Shown here one piece after another: positions 1 through 10,536 of a stretch of DNA of 64,000 nucleotides (its first letter is position 1; each line of letters opens with the position of its first letter). A program made the translations under genes and the position numbers. The DNA is taken from contig QHTZ01000078.1 in the NCBI GenBank assembly GCA_003221005.1, positions 9,466 through 73,465 of the forward strand. The letters are read 5' to 3'. Origin of the DNA: Gemmatimonadota bacterium. GTDB lineage: Bacteria > Gemmatimonadota > Gemmatimonadetes > Gemmatimonadales > GWC2-71-9. The notes under the pieces were generated by a model. That model was not told the DNA's origin and searched no databases. It was given only the letters and a program-made list of their open reading frames with translations.

Positions 1-715
1 AGAGAAACACCACCTCTCGACCGTCCGTGCGCACTGTTGCTCCTGTGCCGGGGCTGAGCTCCGGTACGAGCACCGCCGGTCCGCGAGCCTTCCCGTCCCT
101 GGTGAGGGGCGCAACGTACATGCTAAAACCGACGCCCGTCACCGGCGCTCGACCGAAATAGAAGTTCAGCTCTCCGTCTTCGGCACTCTGGAGGTATTCC
201 GGCCCAGCTTCGAAAATCGCCGTGTTGATGTTCGGGCCGAGATTCACCGGGGCTTCCCACGCGAAGTCATCCTTCGGGTTGGCCCGGCGCGACACATAGA
301 TGTCGTTGCTGCCCTCACCGCCGGGACGGTCGCTGTAGAAAAACAGCAGGTGGCCGTCCAGCGAGATGCTGGGCCCCTGGTCACCGCTGGCGGTGTTCAC
401 GGTCGGCCCGAGGTTCACCGGTGTCTCCCAAGGACATTCGACGCAGGCGCGATGCGCCACCCAGATGTCTGCGCCACCGAAACCGCCGGCGCGGTTCGAC
501 GTGAAGTAGAGGCTGAGGTCGTCAGGTGACAACGCGCAGTTGTTCTCTGTTGCGTCGGTGTTGATCGGCGCTCCCACATTCACGGGCGGAGACCACTCGG
601 AATTGCCGAAGAAAAAAGCCGAGAGGCCCGAGGGAAGCGGATCGGGGTCGCTTCCACACGCGAGCAGCAGGGTGAGGGGGGCCAGCAAGGTCAAGAGGCG
701 GGCTGTGGTTGTCAT
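1..715 (-). CDS. PD40/TolB-like beta-propeller lipoprotein, paralog 3 (3' end runs off window)
   Basis: Manual translation from ATG 715: MTTTARLLTLLAPLTLLLACGSD...SEWSPPVNVGAPINT...LYFTSNRAGGFGGADIWV; lipobox LLAC; ATGA overlap with upstream paralog stop; AAGGAGG SD. Confidence 0.85.
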   Translation of the reverse strand, partial: MTTTARLLTLLAPLTLLLACGSDPDPLPSGLSAFFFGNSEWSPPVNVGAPINTDATENNCALSPDDLSLYFTSNRAGGFGGADIWVAHRACVECPWETPVNLGPTVNTASGDQGPSISLDGHLLFFYSDRPGGEGSNDIYVSRRANPKDDFAWEAPVNLGPNINTAIFEAGPEYLQSAEDGELNFYFGRAPVTGVGFSMYVAPLTRDGKARGPAVLVPELSPGTGATVRTDGREVVFL

Positions 716-1680
716 GGGACCTCCTTACCGCTCGGTGTGCGGGTCGACATCCAGAGATCGTTCCCTCCACTCCCGCCCGGCCGGTTCGACGTGAAGATCA
801 GCGTCCGGCCGTCCCGCGACAGACTCGCCTGCGAGTCGATGTAGCTCGTGTTGAGCGGGGCTCCGAGGTGCTCCGCTGCGGACCACGCATCGTGGATCGC
901 TTGGCGAGTGAACCGCCAGATGTCCAGGTCGCCGAACGTCCCAGCCCGGTTCGAGGACAGCAGCAATTCGTGCCCATCCGTGCGCACCGCCACTTTTTGG
1001 TCGGTGCTCGTCGAATTGAGCTCGGACACGGCGACGGCGGGGCCGAGCGGCTCACCGTCGCTCGACAGGGAGACCTTGTAGATGTCTTGGTCGCCGCCGG
1101 AGGGACCCCGATTGAAGTACAACGTGGCGGTTCCTTCCCCGTCTCCTCGCACGTAAGACGCCCCCTGCTCGCTCCCAGCGGTATTCACGTCAGGGCCCAG
1201 GTTCACCGGGTCGCCCCAGAGGTCACCGTCTGCGCCGGTGCTGATCCGCTGCGACACCCAGATGTCAGAGCCTCCCTGGCCACCCGATCGGCCGCTGTAG
1301 AAGAACAGCAGCCGCCCGTCGTCCGAGAGAGTCGGCGCTCCCTCGTTCGTGGAGGTGTTGATGGCGGTCCCGAGGTTCACCGGCGTTTCCCAGGCGCACT
1401 GCAAGCACGTGCGGTGGGACACCCAGATGTCGTTTCCGCCCATTCCGCCCGGTCGATTCGAGCCGAAGTAGAGCGCGTGCTGGTCGGGGGAAAGCCCGGC
1501 GTTCATGTCGGCAGCGCTCGAGTTGACCACCGGGCCGAGGTTGACGGGCACGGACCACTCGGAATTGTCGAAGCGGTCGGCCAGGATCGACCCGAGCCGA
1601 GCCCCCGGCGCGACGGTCGTGTCGTTACAAGCGAGCGCGGCGAGGGCCGCGGAGAGCGAGAGCAACGAGTTCCTCACCAT
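712..1680 (-). CDS. PD40/TolB-like beta-propeller lipoprotein, paralog 2
   Basis: Repeated PVNLGxxVN...P.LS.DG..L.F.S.R.GG.G..DIW blades; lipobox ALAC. ATG 1680 has GGAGG 6 nt upstream; the ORF extends in frame to ATG 1722. Confidence 0.85.
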   Translation of the reverse strand: MVRNSLLSLSAALAALACNDTTVAPGARLGSILADRFDNSEWSVPVNLGPVVNSSAADMNAGLSPDQHALYFGSNRPGGMGGNDIWVSHRTCLQCAWETPVNLGTAINTSTNEGAPTLSDDGRLLFFYSGRSGGQGGSDIWVSQRISTGADGDLWGDPVNLGPDVNTAGSEQGASYVRGDGEGTATLYFNRGPSGGDQDIYKVSLSSDGEPLGPAVAVSELNSTSTDQKVAVRTDGHELLLSSNRAGTFGDLDIWRFTRQAIHDAWSAAEHLGAPLNTSYIDSQASLSRDGRTLIFTSNRPGGSGGNDLWMSTRTPSGKEVP

Positions 1681-1718
1681 GAAGCACCTCCCTGGAGGCA
1701 GAATGCGGAGTGCAGTGG

Positions 1719-2681
1719 TCATGGAACCTGCTTACCGCTCGGTGTGCGGGTCGACATGTAGATGTCCGTGCCACCAAAACCGCCGGACCGACTCGACGCG
1801 AACAGCAGCGTCCGGCCGTCGCTCGACAGACCGGGTTGCTGGTCAGCCGCCGCCGAGTTCAGCGGCCCCAGATTCACGGGCGTGGACCAGGGATCGTGGA
1901 GGCTGCGACGGGTGGACGTCCAGAGGTCGTTCCCGCCCAGTCCACCGGGGCGGGTCGAGAAGAAAAAGATCTCCCGGCCATCGGTGCGCAGCGTCGAGCC
2001 CTGGTCGGTGGCAGTTGGGTGGCTCAGTTCGGTGACCAGTGTCGCGGGGCCACGAGTCTCACCGTCCCGGGTCAGCGGTGCATAGTAGATGTCCGCGGTC
2101 CCGCCCGGTGGTGCTCTGTTGAAGTAGAGGTTACCCGCCCCATCCTCCGCGTTCTGCAAGTACTCCGCCCCAGCCTCGGACCCGGCCGTGTTCACGTCGG
2201 CGCCCAGCCCCACCGGGGGTTCCCAGCCGAAGTCGTCATTCGGGTTGGCTCGGTGAGATATGTAAAGGTCGCTCAGTCCCTGCCCGCCGGGCCGCGTGCT
2301 CGTGAAGAAAAGCATGTGTTCGTCGATCGAGAGGCCGGGTCCGGTCTCGCTGGCTGTCGTATTGACCACTGGTCCGAGGTTCTCGGGCGGCTCCCATGGG
2401 CAGTCGGAGCAGGCGCGCCGCGCCACCCAAAGATCGAACGAGCCCGATCCACCCGCCCGGTCCGAGCCGAAGTAGAGAGTGCGTCCGTCCTTCGAGAGTG
2501 TCGGACCCTGCTCGTTGGCGGCAGTATTGATCGTCGCTCCGAGGTTCCCCGGCGCGGACCACTCGGAGTTGGCGAAGGATTGGGCTTGGATGCGGTACGT
2601 GGGCCCTTGGGACTCCGTGACGCAGCCGAGCAGCAAGGCGAGCGGGGTGAGCGAAGCGAGTATGCGGGGCGCGATTGTCAT
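1719..2681 (-). CDS. PD40/TolB-like beta-propeller lipoprotein, paralog 1
   Basis: Same repeat motif; lipobox LLGC; GGAGG SD upstream of ATG 2681. Confidence 0.87.
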   Translation of the reverse strand: MTIAPRILASLTPLALLLGCVTESQGPTYRIQAQSFANSEWSAPGNLGATINTAANEQGPTLSKDGRTLYFGSDRAGGSGSFDLWVARRACSDCPWEPPENLGPVVNTTASETGPGLSIDEHMLFFTSTRPGGQGLSDLYISHRANPNDDFGWEPPVGLGADVNTAGSEAGAEYLQNAEDGAGNLYFNRAPPGGTADIYYAPLTRDGETRGPATLVTELSHPTATDQGSTLRTDGREIFFFSTRPGGLGGNDLWTSTRRSLHDPWSTPVNLGPLNSAAADQQPGLSSDGRTLLFASSRSGGFGGTDIYMSTRTPSGKQVP

Positions 2682-2822
2682 TGAACCTCCTAGGGATTGC
2701 GCTCCCGTCGGTGGCGGAGGCGGTCTCGGTGTCGGAGGGGCGTCCTGGGGGCGTCGGTTCGACAGCAGGGGCCGTAAAGACCATCGGCGGAGCAGGGAAC
2801 TCCCGCCACCGTAGCGGGTCCG

Positions 2823-2850
2823 AAGCTACACCCAGCCGCTGGTGCCGCAA
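2823..2850 (-). promoter_or_regulatory. Candidate sigma70 promoter for the PD40 operon
   Basis: TTGCGG-N16-TAGCTT on minus strand, ~140 nt upstream of ATG 2681. Confidence 0.4.
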
Positions 2851-2858
2851 GTTGCCGC

Positions 2859-3060
2859 TTAACAGCAGCGCGCGACCTGGCCCTTTCGTTCGAAGCAGTC
2901 GGCTAGGTATTCGCGCTCGCTCAGCGGAGGACGCCCCGCCCGCCGACAGTGCTCGACGTAAGCCGCGTAATCGGGCGCGCCGATGATGCGCCGCAGCACG
3001 CGCGTGACGCGGGTGGGGAGGGGCTGGGCCCCTTCCCCCTTCCCTCTTCCCCCTTCCCGT

Positions 3061-3077
<17 letters not shown>
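2859..3077 (-). CDS. ybdD: YbdD/YjiX family small protein (CstA-associated)
   Basis: GAPDYAAYVEH...PLSEREY...ARCC C-terminus; directly downstream of cstA as in known cstA-ybdD pairs. Start uncertain. Confidence 0.85.
3029..3058 (-). repeat. G-rich heptamer tandem array (GGGAAGR x4)
   Basis: Minus strand GGGAAGG GGGAAGA GGGAAGG GGGAAGG GG. Confidence 0.8.
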
Positions 3078-5097
<2,020 letters not shown>

Positions 5098-5104
5098 GCG
5101 GGCT

Positions 5105-5133
5105 AAGTTACGGTGCGCCTTGCCGCTGTTCAA
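5105..5133 (-). promoter_or_regulatory. Leaderless sigma70 promoter of cstA
   Basis: TTGAAC-N17-TAACTT-N7-ATG on minus strand. Confidence 0.7.
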
Positions 5134-5148
5134 ATTCGAACATAGGTT
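5120..5148 (+). promoter_or_regulatory. sigma70 promoter of the SDR gene
   Basis: TTGCCG-N17-TAGGTT. Confidence 0.55.
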
Positions 5149-5152
5149 CGAA
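5135..5152. promoter_or_regulatory. Palindromic operator resembling a Gram-positive/actinobacterial LexA (SOS) box
   Basis: TTCGAAC-ATAG-GTTCGAA, perfect 7-bp arms, overlapping the plus-strand -10. Confidence 0.5.
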
Positions 5153-5170
5153 CTCCTTGAACCCGATTTC

Positions 5171-5968
5171 TTGGACGTTGGCTGCGCGCGCGACCACGCC
5201 GGGGGGGAGACGGTTCAGGGCCGCGTCGCGATCGTCACCGGCGGCGCGACTGGCCTGGGGCGCGCCACCGGCCTCGAGTTCGCCCGGCAAGGCGTCGCGA
5301 TCGCCTTCAACTACGTCGAGCTCCCCGAGCGCGACGTCGGCGCGCAGGCGTTGCTCACCGAAACGGCCATCCGCGCGCAGGGCGTCCCCGTCTACTGCGC
5401 CCGCTGTGACGTCCGCAACCACGACGAAGTCGAGCGCTTCGTCACCGAGACCCGCGAGCGACTCGGCGGCGTGCACTACCTGGTGAACAACGCTGGGGTG
5501 ACGCACGATGGCGCCCTGTGGCGGCTGTCGGCGGACGCCTGGCAGGAGGTGCTCGACACTAATGTGACGGGCGCGTTCAACTGCATTCAGGTGGTGTCCC
5601 GCCACATGCGCGCTCAGCGTTATGGCAAAGTCGTGAACGTGGCGAGTCATCAAGCCTTCCGGCCCGGTTTCGGGATCTCGAACTACGCGACCAGCAAGGC
5701 GGCGCTGATCGGTCTCACCAAGGCCGCCGCCGTCGACCTGGGCTCCTCCAACGTCAACGTCAATGCGGTCGCACCGGGGTTCGTGAAGACCGAGCTGCTC
5801 GCGAAGCTGCCGCGCGAGGTATTGGAGCGCGCCGAGCACGAATCGGTGCTGGGACGCGTCGCCGAGCCCGAGGACATCGCGCGCGTCATCGTGTTCCTGT
5901 GCAGTGACGCGGCGCGGCACATCACGGGGCAAGTGATCGTGGTGGACGGCGGGCTGACGCTCGCTTGA
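5171..5968 (+). CDS. Short-chain dehydrogenase/reductase, FabG-like
   Basis: TGGATGLG, NNAG, YATSK, NAVAPG motifs. Start uncertain (TTG 5171 chosen; ORF track begins 5096). Confidence 0.9.
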   Translation: MDVGCARDHAGGETVQGRVAIVTGGATGLGRATGLEFARQGVAIAFNYVELPERDVGAQALLTETAIRAQGVPVYCARCDVRNHDEVERFVTETRERLGGVHYLVNNAGVTHDGALWRLSADAWQEVLDTNVTGAFNCIQVVSRHMRAQRYGKVVNVASHQAFRPGFGISNYATSKAALIGLTKAAAVDLGSSNVNVNAVAPGFVKTELLAKLPREVLERAEHESVLGRVAEPEDIARVIVFLCSDAARHITGQVIVVDGGLTLA

Positions 5969-5999
5969 AAAATGTCGCCCCGGGCGCGATCTTGGCACG

Positions 6000-6692
6000 G
6001 TGACTAATCCGTTGAAATTCAAATACTTAAAGGGTGGCGCGTGGGCGGTGGGGGCGTGGGTTGCGCTGGGGTGCGGCCACAAGCCGGCCGATTCCGCCGC
6101 GCCGCAACCCACGGCGCCGCTGCCCACGGCAGCGCTCGCAGGCCAGCGGGTGATCCTGCTTCCGTTCACGCTCGTGGTGGCGGAGGATTCGCTCCGCTGG
6201 GAAGCGGCGCTCGCCGATCGGCGCGCCACGCTGGCGCGCGCGGACAGCATCCTGGGCGCGTTGCTCGGCGCGCGCGCGCCCGAGATCAGCTGGGTGCCGC
6301 CCGATGAGTTGCGCCGTGCCGCACGCCGCGCGCCCGGGATCGCCAGCGACCCGGACCAGCTGGCCACCGCAATCCTCCGTGCCAAGAACTTGAAGGTCGT
6401 GCCCGATCCGCTACGAACCCAGCTGCGCACCATCGCCGCCCTCGCGGGCGGCGACGCCGGACGCTACGCGCTCGTCCCCGCGGCTCTGATCTACCGGCGT
6501 CCGAGCGGGGGAGCGGACGGGCGAACGGCCCGCCCCATCCCTCCCGGAGTCGGCATCGCCGAGCTGGCCATCGTGCTGGCGGACGTGCGGCTGGGGCGTA
6601 TCGGGTGGCGCACCGTGGCGACCGGCGCCGGGGGCGATCCCTGGAGCGCGCTCACGCGCGCCGTGAAGGCTCTGACCCCAGGGCTGCCGTGA
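6000..6692 (+). CDS. Hypothetical lipoprotein
   Basis: Lipobox-like ALGC followed by a Pro/Ala linker; overlaps next gene. Confidence 0.65.
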   Translation: MTNPLKFKYLKGGAWAVGAWVALGCGHKPADSAAPQPTAPLPTAALAGQRVILLPFTLVVAEDSLRWEAALADRRATLARADSILGALLGARAPEISWVPPDELRRAARRAPGIASDPDQLATAILRAKNLKVVPDPLRTQLRTIAALAGGDAGRYALVPAALIYRRPSGGADGRTARPIPPGVGIAELAIVLADVRLGRIGWRTVATGAGGDPWSALTRAVKALTPGLP

Positions 6693-7000
6693 CGACCATG
6701 GGCGCGCCCTTCGCCACGAGCCACTCCTGCGCGCGCTGCGGCGCGCAGACGGCGGGGATCGCGGTCGGTGGGCTGTGTCCCAACTGTACTCGTAGCGTGG
6801 AGTTGCGCGCATCCCGGCTGGGACGGTGGGTGGCACTCGGCAGCACGGCGCTCCTGGCGGCGTATCTCAGTTTCGCGCTGCGCGCGGTCGTGCCCGCGTG
6901 GCGGGGAACGGGCCGCGCCATCGCGGCCGCGGCGGTCGTTGCGTGGTGCCTGCTGACGTACCGCATCGTGAAGCGGATCGGAATCGAATGGCTGAAATGA
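6689..7000 (+). CDS. Small membrane protein with N-terminal Zn-ribbon
   Basis: CARC...CPNC then two hydrophobic helices; GTGA/ATGA overlaps on both sides. Confidence 0.65.
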   Translation: MTTMGAPFATSHSCARCGAQTAGIAVGGLCPNCTRSVELRASRLGRWVALGSTALLAAYLSFALRAVVPAWRGTGRAIAAAAVVAWCLLTYRIVKRIGIEWLK

Positions 7001-8376
7001 CGCGGTCCGCTTTCAGCCCAGCGCTCCTCCTCCTACTCGCGGGGCCGCTCGCCGGTCAGACCTCTCTATCCATCTATTCGGACGGGCGTGCGGTCGTGCG
7101 CCGGACGCTCCCGCAAGCGCTGGCGAAGGGGCGGAACGCCCTCACCCTCGAGCTCGACGGAGTCGATCCCGCGACGGTGTTTTCCCCCGACACGGCGGTG
7201 ACAGTGGCCGCGGCGGTGCTGCGGCCCGCGACGGGACGCGGCGCGGCGCTCGAGAGCGCGGCCGGGCAGACGCTCTCGTTCGTGCGCGCCAAGGGCGACA
7301 CCGTGCGGGCCACCGTCGTGCGAGCGAGCCCGCCGCAGTACCGTCTCCCGGATGGACGCTTCCTGCTCGTGGAGCCCGGGGAGCCGCTCTTCCCCGCGGA
7401 GCTGGTGCGGACCACGTCGCAGTTGAGCCTGGTCCTCGACGCCGGGCGCGCGCGCCCGGCCACGGAGCTGGCGTACGTCACAGAAGGGGTCAGCTGGCAC
7501 GCGGTCTATCAGGTGGTGCTGACGGGCGCAGGCGGTGCGGCGGTATCGGGGACGGCCACGGTCACCTCGCAGCGGGTCCGAGCGGACAGCTCCGCGGTGC
7601 AGCTCGTGGCGGGCACGATCTTCCGGGCGCGGCCCGGCAGTCCGCTGCCGATGGCGGGCTTCGTGCGCGCCGACATGGCGATGGCGGCGCCGGAGCCCGC
7701 GATGAGCGAGGAGGCGGTGGGCGAAGCGCATGTGTACACGCTCCCCACGCGAATCACGCTCGAGCCCGGCGTGCCGGTGACGGCCGCGCTGTTTCCGCGG
7801 GTGGTGGTGTCGGCCGTCCAGGAGCTGATCGCGCCAGGTGTGGTGCCGTGGCGCGGCTACCTGGCAAACTCGCCCGGCCCCGCCGAGGCGAACCGAGTAC
7901 CGGTGCAGGTGTGGTACACGCTCAAGCGGCCGCGCGGCACGCCGTTCGGCGACCGGCCCGTGCCGGGCGGCACCGTGCAGGTGTACCAGGCCGACTCCCT
8001 GGGGCGGGTACAGCTCGTCGGGGAGGCGAGGAGCAGCCACACCGCGCCTGGACGCGACCTGCGGGTGCAGGCGGGGGAGGCCTTCGACGTCACCGCCGAG
8101 CGCGTACAGACCGACTACAGCCAGGAACAGCTGCCGCCGCCGCGTCGCGGGTTGCCTGCGCGGCAGCGCGTCACGGCATCGTACCGCGTGATGATCGCGA
8201 ACGCGAAGCCGCTGCCCGTGACGGTCGACGTGCGGGAAGCGCGCGCCGGTGTCTGGACGGTGACGACGAGCAGCCTGCCGCTGGAGAAGCTGTCCGCGAC
8301 CGAGGTCCGCTTCCGCGTGTCCGTGCCGGCGGGCGGCGAAGCGACGCTCACGTACACGGTCCAGGTGGAATCGTGA
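6997..8376 (+). CDS. DUF4139-domain secreted protein
   Basis: Signal peptide; SLSIYSDGRAVVR; ELAYVTEGVSWHAVY; C-terminal FRVSVPAGGEATLTYTV. Confidence 0.75.
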   Translation: MTRSAFSPALLLLLAGPLAGQTSLSIYSDGRAVVRRTLPQALAKGRNALTLELDGVDPATVFSPDTAVTVAAAVLRPATGRGAALESAAGQTLSFVRAKGDTVRATVVRASPPQYRLPDGRFLLVEPGEPLFPAELVRTTSQLSLVLDAGRARPATELAYVTEGVSWHAVYQVVLTGAGGAAVSGTATVTSQRVRADSSAVQLVAGTIFRARPGSPLPMAGFVRADMAMAAPEPAMSEEAVGEAHVYTLPTRITLEPGVPVTAALFPRVVVSAVQELIAPGVVPWRGYLANSPGPAEANRVPVQVWYTLKRPRGTPFGDRPVPGGTVQVYQADSLGRVQLVGEARSSHTAPGRDLRVQAGEAFDVTAERVQTDYSQEQLPPPRRGLPARQRVTASYRVMIANAKPLPVTVDVREARAGVWTVTTSSLPLEKLSATEVRFRVSVPAGGEATLTYTVQVES

Positions 8377-9221
8377 CGGTCCAGCTGCTTCACGTCTCCG
8401 ACCCGCATTTCGGCGGCCTCGCCGACGTGGGACAGGTCGAGGCGCTCGAGGCAATGATCCCGGACCTGCGTCCCGACGCCGTCGTCCTGTCGGGCGATCT
8501 CACCCAGCGTGCCCGGCACGGAGAGTTCCAGCGGGCGCGGGCGTTCGTGAACGTTGCGTCGAAGAGCGCGCCGGTCTACGTCCTCCCCGGCAACCACGAC
8601 GTAGCCTGGTGGTGGCGCCCGTTTTTCCCATTCGGGCGCGGAGCGCTGTACCGCAAGTATCGCCGCTATTTCGGTGAGGAGCTCACGCCGACGCTCACCA
8701 TCCCCGGTGCCGTGATCGCCGGGGCGCTCACGGCGAACGGAGTCGGCTGGCTTTCCCTGACGTGGCGTCCGCGAGACCTCGCGGTGATGGGCCACCTCCC
8801 CAAGCGCGAATTCCTGCGGGTCCAGAAGGTGTTCGCCGAGGCGCCGCTCGGGTTGGCGCGAGTGCTCGTGGTGCACCACAACGTGCTGCGGGGCGAGATC
8901 TCGCGGCGCATGGGCCTCGCGCGCTGGCGCCAGGCCCAGCGGCGCATCCTGGCCTCGGGAGCCGAGGTGGTGCTGTGTGCGCACGATCACCAAGAGGGTG
9001 CGGAGATGTTGGGCGACCGGGTGGTGATCTCGACGGCCAGCACGGTGTCCACGCGCGCGCGTGGGGGACTGCCCGCGAGCTTCAATTTCGTCACGATTGA
9101 GCCGACGGCCGTGCAGATCACGTTCTTTCGCTGGGACCGGGAGCGGGGGCGGTTCCAGCCGTCGGACACGTTCGCGTTCGCCCGGGCTACGGGCCGCGCC
9201 GCGCCGGCGGCGGTCGGCTGA
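8373..9221 (+). CDS. Calcineurin-like metallophosphoesterase
   Basis: HVSDPHFG, SGDLTQ, PGNHD, VHH, AHDH motifs. Confidence 0.88.
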   Translation: MTVQLLHVSDPHFGGLADVGQVEALEAMIPDLRPDAVVLSGDLTQRARHGEFQRARAFVNVASKSAPVYVLPGNHDVAWWWRPFFPFGRGALYRKYRRYFGEELTPTLTIPGAVIAGALTANGVGWLSLTWRPRDLAVMGHLPKREFLRVQKVFAEAPLGLARVLVVHHNVLRGEISRRMGLARWRQAQRRILASGAEVVLCAHDHQEGAEMLGDRVVISTASTVSTRARGGLPASFNFVTIEPTAVQITFFRWDRERGRFQPSDTFAFARATGRAAPAAVG

Positions 9222-9239
9222 GGGGAAGGGAAGACTGAC

Positions 9240-10427
9240 ATGGCACTGAGATTCCAGGGCGTCGACTTCTACGACGCCGATGGCCTGCTAACCGAAGAGG
9301 AGCGCGCCGTCCGCGACACGGTGCGCGCCTGGGTGGACGACAACGTCATCCCGGTGATCGGCGAGCACTACGTCGCGGGCAAGTTCCCCACCCACCTCGT
9401 TCCCCAAATGGCCGAGCTGGGGCTGTTCGGGGCGAACCTCCCCGAGGAGTTCGGCTGCGCGGGCCTCAATAACGTCGCCTACGGGCTGATCATGCAGGAG
9501 CTGGAGCGCGGCGATTCCGGGGTGCGCTCGTTCGCATCGGTGCAGGGAGCGCTCGTGATGTATCCCATCTACGAATTCGGCAGCGACGAGCAGAAGCGGC
9601 GCTGGCTGCCCGAGCTGGCGAGCGGGCGGCGCATCGGCTGCTTCGGGCTGACCGAGCCCGACTACGGCTCGAACCCCGGTGGGATGATCACGGTCGCGAA
9701 GGAGACGAAGGAGGGGTGGGTACTGAACGGGGCCAAGATGTGGATCACGAACGGCTCGACCGCGGACGTCGCGATCGTGTGGGCCAAGACGGCACGGTTG
9801 GACGATCCGGGCTCGATCCGCGGGTTCATCGTCCCCACCGACGCCAAGGGCTTCGCGGCGAAGGACCAGCAGGGGAAGCTCTCCTTGCGCGCGAGCGACA
9901 CGAGCGAGCTCGTGCTTCAGGACGTGTGCGTCCCCAAGGAGGCGCTGCTGCCGAAGTCGGCCGGGCTCAAGTCGCCCCTCATGTGTCTCACGGCCGCGCG
10001 CTACGGCATCGCCTGGGGGGCGGTCGGATCCGCGATGGCATGCTACGACGAAGCGGTGCGTTACGCCAAGGCGCGGGTCGTGTTCGACCGGCCCATCGGT
10101 GGCTTCCAGTTGCAGCAGGCCCGGCTCGTGGAGATGCTGACGGAGATCACCAAGGCGCAGCTGCTGTGCCTCCAGCTGGGCCGGCTCAAGGACCAGGGGA
10201 AGATGTCGCCGCAGCAGGTCTCGCTCGCCAAGCGCAACAACGTGAGCATGGCGACCGATGTCGCCCGCGAGAGCCGGCGCCTGCTCGGGGCCAGCGGCAT
10301 CCTCGCCGAGTATCAGGCGATGCGACATCTCGCGAACCTCGAGTCCGTGTACACCTACGAAGGGACACACGACATCCACACGCTCATCCTCGGGCAGGAG
10401 ATCACGGGGCTGAGCGCATTCAACTGA
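9240..10427 (+). CDS. Acyl-CoA dehydrogenase, glutaryl-CoA dehydrogenase-like
   Basis: GCFGLTEPDYGS, LNGAKMWITNG, NLESVYTYEGTHDIH. Confidence 0.92.
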   Translation: MALRFQGVDFYDADGLLTEEERAVRDTVRAWVDDNVIPVIGEHYVAGKFPTHLVPQMAELGLFGANLPEEFGCAGLNNVAYGLIMQELERGDSGVRSFASVQGALVMYPIYEFGSDEQKRRWLPELASGRRIGCFGLTEPDYGSNPGGMITVAKETKEGWVLNGAKMWITNGSTADVAIVWAKTARLDDPGSIRGFIVPTDAKGFAAKDQQGKLSLRASDTSELVLQDVCVPKEALLPKSAGLKSPLMCLTAARYGIAWGAVGSAMACYDEAVRYAKARVVFDRPIGGFQLQQARLVEMLTEITKAQLLCLQLGRLKDQGKMSPQQVSLAKRNNVSMATDVARESRRLLGASGILAEYQAMRHLANLESVYTYEGTHDIHTLILGQEITGLSAFN

Positions 10428-10527
10428 ATGCGGAGTGCGGAGTGCGGAATGCGGAATGTAAGTGTAAGCTTCTTGAGGCGAACGACTCTTCACTGAAATT
10501 CCGCGTTCCGCATTCCGCGTTCCGCGT
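10426..10527. repeat. Inverted pair of heptamer arrays (GARTGCG x4-5 / RTTCCGC x4)
   Basis: Left arm 10426-10458, right arm 10498-10527, complementary with G-U wobble; AT-rich spacer. Confidence 0.88.
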
Positions 10528-10536
10528 TTGCTCGCG

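Noticed and set aside
2770-2812. Fluoride riboswitch resemblance (GCCGAUGGUCUUUAC)
   Set aside because: The 5' GAUGG/pseudoknot pairing does not fit and downstream genes are unrelated; kept only as an unassigned structured leader.
2859-2880. ybdD as a selenoprotein
   Set aside because: It ends ...ARCC-TAA with no in-frame TGA.
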